A stretch of 64,000 nucleotides of DNA. It comes from Macrostomum hystrix (Eukaryota > Animalia > Platyhelminthes). The first letter of the stretch is position 1, and each line of letters starts with the position of its first letter. Below, one piece after another: positions 36,501 through 47,600 of this stretch. The notes under the pieces were generated by a model. The model made no database searches, was not told the DNA's origin, and saw only the letters and a list, made by a program, of their open reading frames with translations. The stretch lies in contig CATNEN010000003.1 of assembly GCA_950097015.1 (NCBI GenBank), positions 5,952,001 to 6,016,000 on the forward strand, given 5' to 3'. The position numbers and the translations under genes were made by a program.

Positions 36501-39500
36501 TTCAGTAGATTTCATAAAACTCACCTAGATACGCCACCAAAACCGCGTTCAACAATGAAAGCCGTCACTTTGTCCTTAACAGATCCAGTAGCTTCATCTT
36601 TGACTTCAGTTTTAGCAAAGACAGTCATGACTTCAGCGATACCTCCATTGCTAATCCACAATTTGGAGCCGTTCAGCTTATAAAATTTACCGCAAGGTGA
36701 CAGGGCCGCTCTAGTTTGCACTGAGCCGGCATCTGATCCTGAACTTGGCTCTGTCAGACAATAGGCTGCAAACTTCTTACCCGCAGCCAAGTCCGGCAGG
36801 TACTTCAACTTCTGCTCGTGTGTGCCGTACAGTGTGATGCCCTGCGAGAGATTCAAGTGGGTTGCAATCTGACTGAACTGATTAGCAATCTGACTGAACT
36901 GATTTGACAATCTGACTGAACTGATTAGCAATCTGACTGAATTGATTTGACAATATGACTGAACTGATTTGACAATCTGACTGAACTGATTTGACAATCT
37001 GACTGAACTGATTTGACAATCTGACTGAACTGATTTGACAATCTGACTGAACTGATTTGACAATCTGACTGAACTGATTTGACAATCTGACTGAACTGAT
37101 TTGACAATCTGACTGAACTGATTTGACAATCTGACTGAACTGATTTGACAATCTGACTGAACTGATTTGACAATCTAACTGAACTGATTTGACAATCTGA
37201 CTGAACTGATTTGACAATCTGACTGAACTGATTCAGCAATCTGACTGAACTGATTTGACAATCTGACTGAACTGATTTGACAATCTGACTGAACTGATTT
37301 GACAATCTGACTGAACTGATTTGACAATCTGACTGAACTGATTAGCAATCTGACTGAACTGATTTGACAATCTGACTGAACTGATTTGACAATCTGACTG
37401 AACTGATTTGACAATATGACTGAACTGATTTGACAATATGACTGAACTGATTTGACAATCTGACTGAACTGATTTGACAATCTGACTGAACTGATTTGAC
37501 AATCTGACTGAACTGATTAGCAATCTGACTGAACTGATTTGACAATCTGACTGAACTGATTTGACAATCTGACTGAACTGATTTGAAAATCTGACTGAAC
37601 TGATTTGACAATCTGACTGAACTGATTTGACAATCTGACTGAACTGATTTGACAATCTGACTGAACTGATTTGACAATCTGACTGAACTGATTTGACAAT
37701 CTGACTGAACTGATTTGACAATCTGACTGAACTGATTCAGCAATCTGACTGAACTGATTTGACAATCTGACTGAACTGATTTGACAATCTGACTGAACTG
37801 ATTAGCAATCTGACTGAACTGATTTGACAATCTGACTGAACTGATTTGACAATCTGACTGAACTGATTTGACAATATGACTGAACTGATTTGACAATATG
37901 ACTGAACTGATTTGACAATATGACTGAACTGATTTGACAATATGACTGAACTGATTTGACAATCTGACTGAACTGATTTGACAATCTGACTGAACTGATT
38001 TAACAATCTGACTGAACTGATTGCAAAATCAGTTTTAAGCAAGACACTATCTGACTATCTGACACATATTCGAATCCAATTATTCAGTCTAACCTTGAAT
38101 CCAATGCTCTGGTGTGCTCCCAATGCGATTCCAACTCCAAGATCGTAGGCGCCAACAACCTCCACAAGGCGAGCATACTGAGTGTTGCTAAGGCCGAGAC
38201 CGCCGTAGTCTACCGGTACCTGGCGGGTGTCAGTAGCAAAGGTAAGAGTAAGTTTTGGATTGGAGAGTATATTGCGATTAAATTAATCATACTATAATTA
38301 GACAAGTCATGAACTTAAGAACAGACAAAGGTAGGATAAAAGTAAAATTCTAGGCTTTGGATTAGATAAAATAGGTTTCGAGAGGATAGCTAAGGTTTTC
38401 CAGGGTAGATATGATTGATTGAGAGTAGATAAGGGCGACTGGATGTAGATAAGGTAGGCTCTAAGTAGATAAGGTAGCCTGAGGGTAGATAAGGTAGGTT
38501 GGAAGTAGATAATGTAGGCTGGAAGAAGATAAAACAAACAGAATATAATATCACCACTAGGAGAAGATAAGATGAACTGGGAGTAGATAAGGTAGGTTTG
38601 AAGTAGATAAGAAGTAGGTTTGGATTAGATAAGGAAGGCTGGTAGTAGGTTATGAGTAAAAAAGAGCTAGATCAATTCATTGGCAAGTGATAATTAAAAA
38701 TCTGGCCCAGATTAATTAACCTGCAGTCCGAAAGCGCCCATCTCCGCTAGTCCAGCCAACGTCTGCGGCTCGATAGTCTCCAGGGCGTCGTTCTTATCGG
38801 CATTGTTGACCTCCTGAAAGAATTTATTGACCGGCTCAACCATACCAACCAGGGTTGAGCGTTGATCCTCATTGAGAACCGATGGAAATGGCATCACTTG
38901 TTTGGTGTTGACGCGACCAGTAAACGAGTTGAGGACAAATGAATCACTAGCCTGAAAATTATTTAAATAATGAATAAATTATGAATATGAGCCGACAGCA
39001 CAGCCGCAGCTATTGCACGGCGCATCTGAAGGCTGCGTACGGCTGTTCAGTCCATGGACTGGGGGGACGCCACACCCACCTTCAATTATCCCAGATAATG
39101 CTGGTGCCCATTTAACAGCTGGGTGAACTGAAGCAATGCGGAGTTAAGTGTCTTGCTAAGGGACACAAATCGTCCTAGTGGAGTCGGGAATCGAACCCTC
39201 GACCTTCAAGTTATGAGTCCAACTCTCCAACCACAAAGCTACAACATATTCTATGGCTATTAAGCTGAAGTTATATTATATATATAAACTAATTTTAACA
39301 ATAGAGTTCTTATTACCACATCCTTCTTGGGCTCTGTAGAAGATGCTGCAGTGGCAGTTGAAGCATGCTTTGTGGCAGTCAGTCGGAATACACTAAAAAT
39401 AAAAATAACTATTTTATAAAGTTACATACAGTTTTTTACATTATATATTCTATTTTTTATATATTATCATATTATCATATTAATATATTATTATAACAAT

Positions 39501-40615
39501 TTCAATATGCTATACATATTATAATTTCTACATGAAGTAAATAAGCCTCTTATTTATAGTGTTGTAATTAGGCTTGATAAAAATAAATGAAAACCATTAT
39601 TTTATGACTTACAGAGCATTGTAGGCCTAAGCTTAGTTTTATTTGGAAGCGATAGCTACATTTTAGCAATTGCCTGCCTTCCTATTTTAATAGTACTTAA
39701 CCATTTCGGCAACTAAGACAAAAAATAGTTATTTGCTGATTAGGCCTAGCTAATCCAACAATATCTAAATACTTATCTCAAAATAAGTATTTTGAGATTG
39801 CTAAACAGGGAAAGAAACCAAAGAAAAAAATACAATAAAGGCAATTAGTTATGTATGGGTTCCCCGATAAACATTTTTCACCTTATGCAAAAATTAAACC
39901 AAAAACATGAACCCTCAAGCCAGAGTGTATGCCCAACTCTGATGCCAAACTATGCTTTAAAATAATATGTAGGACAAATTGTTTCACCAATGATTTGCTA
40001 CTGAATAAACTTTTAAAGTGTGTTCTGATTCTGATGGTTTTTTGGATGCGTCTTATGATCATATTTATGCCTCACCAAAAGGTATGGGTCAATTATTTCA
40101 CAAGATACTGCTTCAATTGCTTGACACCTGTCCCTGCTACAAAATGACACCTCAGACACACAAATTTGTCAGTACTTTTTTAGATATTCTCATTTAAACT
40201 GGTGACAAGTGGGAAATAAATAGGTGACATTCAAAAGGTCAGAAAATGTCAGATTGTTGTATAAAAACTAAGAATCGGTATGACTAGCTACCAACTCTTA
40301 GCTACTAGGGACTAGCTGGAATCTATCAATTTTGGTATAGCTTAAGTATTAGCTAATTGATATAACAAATTAGCTATATATAGCTTAATTTATCAACTCT
40401 TTAAAAAAGTAATAAAATGGTAATGATCTTGATGCTTCAACAGAAAAGGAATAGTACTTCATTGAAAGTAGTAGATACGATCAAGTTTTTGTGATAAAAT
40501 TAAATATTTAAAGTATTAGTTATTTTATTATTTTACAATTGCTTTGTAATGCAAAAAAATTCACGACTTCAACGTACCTGGAATTAACTCGTGCGAATGT
40601 TTTTAGTGACTGCAT
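30596..40615 (-). CDS. ACADVL: Very-long-chain acyl-CoA dehydrogenase, about 622 aa, 9 exons
   Basis: Exons 40615-40578, 39392-39317, 38951-38721, 38219-38094, 36841-36525, 33692-33266, 32642-32310, 31882-31700 and 30733-30596 (1869 nt). Motifs [22 protein letters not shown] and [13 protein letters not shown], plus the VLCAD-type C-terminus [11 protein letters not shown]. Confidence 0.92.
30810..31625. repeat. 16-bp minisatellite family (TCTCATCTCTCCCGTG)n, in ACADVL intron 8
   Basis: Diverged tandem copies with a larger internal duplication. Confidence 0.92.
32101..32232 (-). mobile_element. SINE family A, 3' part
   Basis: TGATTACACCTGCCC...GCAGCCGACAGCACAGCCGCAGC...CAGTCCATGGACTGGGG. Confidence 0.82.
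32657..33205. repeat. 23-bp minisatellite (GGGTCAGGCTGGGATGTAGATAT)n, in ACADVL intron 6
   Basis: Direct tandem copies filling most of the intron. Confidence 0.95.
33740..36055. repeat. 26-bp minisatellite (GTCATTTGGTGACGAAGGGTCATCCA)n, in ACADVL intron 5
   Basis: About 88 copies with higher-order structure. Confidence 0.97.
36863..38025. repeat. 22-bp minisatellite (CTGACTGAACTGATTTGACAAT)n, in ACADVL intron 4
   Basis: About 52 copies; source of the many SNQFSQIVK ORFs. Confidence 0.97.
38320..38655. repeat. Degenerate GTAGATAAGGTAGG tandem repeat, in ACADVL intron 3
   Basis: Diverged copies. Confidence 0.65.
38990..39245 (-). mobile_element. SINE family A, near full length, in ACADVL intron 2
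   Basis: Reverse complement of the 30013 copy, including the B box and CTCATAA loop. Confidence 0.88.
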
Positions 40616-43600
40616 TTTGCTTACAAATTTAACAGTATACATTTATAATTTTAATATAGGCAATGTTTTGCTTGCTAAACACGATAAATAATGCTTTCAA
40701 TGATGACGCACTAGGTAGTCTTTTCTTGTTCACGAGATTTTTGAACAGGTACCAAGTTTAATATGCTTGTGAATAATCAACTTGAAAACGATTTCGTTGT
40801 TGTTTCTAGTAAATCTAGGAAACTAAAGTGTTTAGCTTTTATTCTTTACACTATCTTTAACTTAATTGTATATTAGTTAAAATGCGCAGTCATGTTTATA
40901 ACTTTATTGGTCTGAAACAATTACTTATAAGTTCTTTTGTTTTTTTTTGTTTCCGGAGTTAACTTTCTATTTCTTCAAATGAACGGAACCACAAGCTTCA
41001 AATATTCAACATGCCGTGCATCAAAGTATAAAATTAAACTTAAGTTAAGCTTAATAAAGTAATGCAAGCATGTATTTTTACTTCAAATTGTGCAAAAATG
41101 CTGTATTTTTATTGCTGCAATTGACATGGGATGACTTTCTAAGTAAAAGCAGGCTAAAGGGTAGATTCAGTAAAAGTATCCGAATGCATCATCACACATT
41201 TATATTCTAGAAAACGAATGTCAGAAAAGTGATTTACTTATTATAAAGAGTCTCTGTACTTTAAACAAGCGACAAATTACATGAACTTTTCAGTACGAAT
41301 TATCCTTATTCTCGGACAATAAGAAGGACAATAAGAGCGGTTGGATCATTTCTTCTTAATTTCTTCATAAAAAAGATATTAGACAACTACTTTGCCATTT
41401 CATGTAATTTTTACTTGAATTTCTGAAAATGCACTTTGACAGAAATAAACTGCGACGAAAAAAGTGTCGGGTTATTTTGGGTGACAAAACACGAAAACAC
41501 AATCAACACGATCGAATACCTATACACACTGTAGTTATTGATCTCACATACATAATATTGGGCTCGTAAAACTACAGTTAGTTTCAGTGTAGTTTTTAAT
41601 TAAAATCTTTGTTTGAATAAAAAATTTTATAAATAAACGTCCTTTTAAAACCATAAACAATCTAGAAAGCATCAGAACCACAATGGGTGCGACCGTAGGC
41701 GTCAACTGCATGTCTAACACGCGGACTACACAAAAAGGCTACACAAAACTAAAAGCATAAGAAATGGCTCATATTTTGAATGAAAAAAATCGCTTGACTT
41801 AATCCGCAGCACTGCAAATCCGTCATCCATCGACGGTCATCGTCGGCGCGGTTGTTTAGGAGGCTTAGGCTGAAAAATGAGCCGCCTCCGCGAGTGGCCA
41901 CACATGCCAGAGTTGGATTTTGAGTCGATCCAAAAACACACCCCCTTGTCCCTCCAACTCAGCAACGTCATCTGCTTTGAGGATTTCTGCAGCACGTCAG
42001 TCTCTCGTGCGGTGACTTTGATGAGACCTGATACAGCCCTCGATCATACTACGATTCGCTTGACACGGAAACACCGGATAGGTTTTCCCAACCATTCGGC
42101 AGTCATACTCACCTGTAGATTAATCCTCTCACTGAAATCAAATAGCTCTTCCAGCGATGAGAGCTAATACCACGCCTCCTAGAAGCTCGATTCGCTCTTC
42201 CCTCTTCCACCAAAGCCTCCAATGGATATGCAATCAGCCTAGTGTGCTCTGTGTAATCTATATGAGAGAGACACTGAAGGAATTGGGAAGACAACTTTTT
42301 ATGGGAAGACAGGTGCGAATGAGCGCGAGTCAGCATGAGTCCAGTCTTTGGTGGTAAGGGGATTGAAAGGGGTGGGGATAAGTTTTGAAGTGTTGAACAA
42401 AATCCCTGATATATTTGCATTCAGCTCCCAATTTTCGTCCCGACTTTGCCAGTGGAACAATTTTTTTCTTGTGTGTAATTTTTTAGAAGAATAAAATTTT
42501 CGTGGCACCCGCACCTGATCTTACGAGAGATAGACGGTAAGAGCTGGATTTGCATCGTTTATTATGAGGCTCATCCTTTCTAGGTGTGTTCTTCGCATTC
42601 ACACATCTGCCCAGAGCTGGCAGCAACTGTTTGGTTGCTTCGAAAATCGTTTCGGCCTGGCAGGTGGGCGCTGAAAAGAATTATAATTAATCATGCGTTT
42701 ATCATTTCCCGACGGCTTTTAGATGAGTCTACAGCCAAGCCTTGCCTTCAAAGCGGCAAACATTGGGCAGGGGAGAAAATGGGCTGGACAATTTTGTTCT
42801 TGAATTTCAAAGGCAGCCTGGATGTGACGGAGCCTCTATAAAGATGCGCCATGCCGAGGTAGAGACTTAAGCAGCTTCCGCATCTGCCTGCATTGAAATC
42901 TAATTTTTTTATCCAAAGCTCTCCATGGCCTACGAGCATTGCACAGATTTGTGCTCAACGGTAATGTATAGAATATTAACAACCTATACCAGCACGGCAA
43001 TTCTTATTCTGGCTGCTTAAACAACCACCGTGAGGTAATGTTGGGTTTCAGTATAGCGCCACAATGCGCCTAAGGTATATACTGGCCCGACATTATCTTA
43101 AAGTGTCGGCCGTATTCGACAGTTTGAGAAAGGGAAGATTTCCCCTGCTTATAAACAGCTGCAAATCGCCTAGACTGTGCAGGGAGTTGCCTGGAAGCAA
43201 AAGATATAGGCATTTTTCGTTTGCAGACTGTCATTTTTATTATAATGACACAGCCTGTGAGGTAATGCCCTGCCTAGTCTAGTTGAACGAGCTGCTTAAT
43301 CAACGAGTATTTTTCCCGACACACTTGGCATGTTGAATGTTTATTGATGCTTGGCTATTTAACGTACTGCGTGTTGAAAATTATACTTCAACCCACTGCA
43401 GCATCAATTAGTCGATCGATGCCAAATATAGGATATTCATTTATTCATACTGCTGTGTTTGATATGAGAATACGCAAAATGCTTTGCGGCAATTCGGACT
43501 TGACATTTTTCGCTCTTCGTAGAAATCAACAAACATCCTCTTGTCTACGAAAAAGCCGATGAAAACATTTCTCCCAGCCGATCTTCGGATGCCGACACAG

Positions 43601-44132
43601 GGTCCTTTTGGGACCAGCTGTTGGGCAGCAGAACTAGGCCCGCTAATTATAGTAGACTGCAGATCAAAGAGCGAATGCGAATTTTTCATGCTTGAAATCG
43701 CTTTCGCGACAATTATCCCCTCGTTTAGCGCGCCAAAATGTTTGTAGACAGAGTGGGAATAGACTCGATGAGATCCCTTTGAATGCTGTTCCCCTGCTCA
43801 CAGATTTCTATAATTTTCATGCAATGATTAGCGGCGCCAGGTGATGAAGCAAAGCAAAGACGGCAATTTTTAATTAAGGACCCGGGATTGAGATAGGGGA
43901 TATTTTGGCATCGTTTAAGACTGCAGCGGTGCTAAATTCGAAAGAGCATTGATAAAGGTAAATAAACTCTTGCCCGTCAACTAGACACGGGCCTGGTAAG
44001 GCTGCTTTTAAACACTTCTCCCCTTTATCAATATCCTAGATTTTTTATCTTGACTGTCTCATCGCTCCCTGTTTTATATCTCCTCTTTTGATTAACTCTC
44101 TCATCTCATCTTCCAGCGTCCTATCTCAACAA

Positions 44133-44358
44133 GGTCTCATCTCTCCCCTGTCTCATCTCTCCCCTGTCTCATCTCTCCCCTGTCTCATCTCTCCCCTGTC
44201 TCATCTCTCCCATGTCTCATCTCTCCCGTGTCTGATCTCTCCAGTGTCTCATCTCTCCCGTGTCTGATCTCTCCCGTGTCTCATCTCTCCCCTGTCTCAT
44301 CTCTCCCGTGTCTCATCTCTCACCTGTCTCATCTCTCCCCTGTCTCATCTCTCCCGTG
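44133..44358. repeat. 16-bp minisatellite family (TCTCATCTCTCCCCTG)n
   Basis: Direct tandem copies. Confidence 0.93.
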
Positions 44359-44651
44359 AGTTTCTCCACTTACGCCGAAACGGCTGCTACAAAGTACTTA
44401 TATGTTAAAATTTAGTTAAAGCCCTGTTGAATCAAGGCTTCTAATAAAGGCCATTCTTGCTTCTGACGAAGCGCAATTTGCCACGATACTCAAATCGTAA
44501 GATCAATTTTGACAATACGCAGATCAAAGTGCGTTTGAAATAAGCAATGGTAAAATAATAGATTGTGTATTTCTATAAAAAAATTCCAAATTTATTTAAA
44601 CAATAATTGTGCAGTGCACAAAATGCAATCATTTTTTATTCAAGAACTCTC

Positions 44652-47600
44652 TCAGACGATTCCACCCGACTGCTCTCCGTCCGTCTGGTTGCAGTCGCCG
44701 TCATGAATGTTTAAACTGACGCCAGCAATGTCCACGTCACACTCGTTCGATGGTACAATCGACCCTGGACTAGTCGCAGGGGTTGGCTCCGGCGTGACCT
44801 GCGGCTTCGGACGTCGATGCTTGATGGCAATCAGTGACACCGTCAGTAGGAGGCCAAGCACGAGGAAACCGCCAACAGCTCCGCCGACAATCACTTCTGT
44901 TAGCGGGAAGCTCGAGTCTTCGTAGATGGTGTATTCTCTGCGGTGTTATGAGTTGTTAAAGCTAACTCAATTTTTATTCGGTACAAATCGGTAGCAATTG
45001 TGAAGTGACCATAATTATAGACTGCAATTTTCGACGATCTAAAGGCAAAGGAACTGAACTGTAGGCCTAAGGTTAGAGTCCGCGACTTGACCCTAAAATA
45101 GTCTAACATCTGCCCTCCCATATATTTTTAGAGGGGTTCCAACACCCAAGTCACATTAGTCGCTGTAGCCTTGTGGTAAGGGCGTCGGACTCACGACTTA
45201 AAGGTCAGGAGTTCGATTCCTGACTCCGCTGGAACAATTCGTGACCTTTAGCTGCTTTGAAAGTAACTCACTCAACAGACGTAGCGAAATGTGAAGCTCC
45301 GTTCAACTTGATGGCGAAGTTGCCAGAAGACACTCGGCTAATAATCTTCTGGGCTTTAGTGTCCGCGTCCACTGCGAAATATGCGATTTAAGACAAAAAT
45401 ATGTGCAGTTCCAGATATTTAAGCCTCCGACACGCTGACCAGATAAGATCTCAGCTCTCCCTTGGTCTCATCCCTCGGGCCATGTCTCACCTCCTATGTT
45501 CGATCTCTCCCGTGTCTGATCTCTCCCGTGTCTGATCTCTCCCGTGTCTGATCTCTCCCGTGTCTGATCTCTCCCGTGTCTCATCTCTCCCGTGTCTGAT
45601 CTCTCCCGTGTCTCATCTCTCCCGTGTCTGATCTCTCCCGTGTCTGATCTCTCCCGTGTCTCATCTCTCCCGTGTCTCATTCATCCCGTGTCTCATTCAT
45701 CCCGTGTCTCATTCATCCCGTGTCTCATTCATCCCGTGTCTCATTCATCCCGTGTCTCATTCATCCCGTGTCTCATTCATCCCGTGTCTCATTCATCCCG
45801 TGTCTCATTCATCCCGTGTCTCATTCATCCCGTGTCTCATTCATCCCGTGTCTCATTCATCCCGTGTCTCATTCATCCCGTGTCTCATTCATCCCGTGTC
45901 TCATTCATCCCGTGTCTCATTCATCCCGTGTCTCATTCATCCCGTGTCTCATTCATCCCGTGTCTCATTCATCCCGTGTCTCATTCATCCCGTGTCTCAT
46001 TCATCCCGTGTCTCATTCATCCCGTGTCTCATTCATCCCGTGTCTCATTCATCCCGTGTCTCATTCATCCCGTGTCTCATTCATCCCGTGTCTCATTCAT
46101 CCCGTGTCTCATTCATCCCGTGTCTCATTCATCCCGTGTCTCATTCATCCCGTGTCTCATTCATCCCGTGTCTCATTCATCCCGTGTCTCATTCATCCCG
46201 TGTCTCATTCATCCCGTGTCTCATTCATCCCGTGTCTCATTCATCCCGTGTCTCATTCATCCCGTGTCTCATTCATCCCGTGTCTCATTCATCCCGTGTC
46301 TCATTCATCCCGTGTATCATTCATCCCGTGTCTCATTCATCCCGTGTCTCATTCATCCTGTGTCTCATTCATCCCGTGTCTCATTCATCCCGTGTCTTAT
46401 CTCCTCTGTCTCAACTCTCCCGTATATTCTCTCTACACCGTCTCATCTCTTCACTATCTCATCTCCCTACTTTCTGATCTCAAATCAGAAAATCGTCTTT
46501 CTCTCTAATATATTTGCTGACCACCTGGCGACTATTGAAGCGAATTTTTTTACCCAATTCAAACAACTCACCATTGGGGTCCCGATTCTGCCAGATGGCA
46601 ATCACGGAGCCCGCTCTAACTTCCAGAATGTGAATGAAATCTACGTCAGTTGAGAGGGCCTCAGCCAGAGCGAACTGTAGGACAATTTTGAACTCGGCAA
46701 TCAGATCTTTGCTAACTAGCTGGTTGTAGTTTAGCGTTGAGAATCGGATTTTGAAATTTTTGGCTGAGCCTAAAAAATTGGAATTTGAGAGTGAGACTAC
46801 TTGCGAGTAGTGCTCTACGGAGTTGTGCCGCCTGTTGCACAGCCGCAGCTATTTCTCAGCGAAAGAAAAGTAGAAAGACCCCAGTAATATTTCAAATGAC
46901 CCACTGCCTTCTTCTCGATAGCTCCCAAACCGAATGATCGATTTTCGTGAAATGGTTACATAATGAAATTTTCTAAAGCCTATGTTTTGGGATTCTGGAA
47001 GTTGTTTCATCGGATAGAGGGGAAATTTTTTGGCTGTGTTCTGGATTTTCATGGCCATTGGTTGATTATGTTTTGAGATACAGAACAAGAAGCCTGGGTA
47101 TTCTTTGAAAGAAAGTGTCATTTGAAAGACCTCTCGTGGACTTCTACTGTGAAATGCTGCGAACAGCTGTTCAGTCCACAAACTGGGGGCCTCCACACCC
47201 ACCAAAATTACCTCACCAGCTGATGCTGCAGGTTTCAAATTTACAATCGGGTCAAGCGAGAAATTTGAGAAATTCAGAATGAGAGAAAAATGACTTACTG
47301 GACGACAATTCCGCTTCAGAATATTCCGCTTTCAAGAGATCTGAAAAAAATAACGAAAAAACACTCATTTTTTGTAATGCTTTTCTAAACAATTTTGGAT
47401 CTGATAAGGTTTGCGTGCGCTAAATACAACATTTATCCCTCTAACCTTCTATGTTGTTGAGTGATTCAGTCGACTCAATCAAAATCTGACGCCACAGACG
47501 ACCTCCGATGAGGAGATCTTGCACTGAAGTGCGACGCGGACAAACTCGGCGCATCGGAGCGCAGACAACGCCTCGACCGTGACAGTCGGGACCTCCCAAG

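Noticed and set aside
33740-38025. CRISPR-like arrays
   Set aside because: Units are contiguous with no unique spacers, there are no cas genes, and the context is eukaryotic introns.
45592-46653. Repetitive-protein ORFs (also 3921, 22247, 30776, 36882-38042, 49526, 51121, 60887, 61735, 63074)
   Set aside because: These are translations of stop-free minisatellites lying in introns or intergenic DNA.
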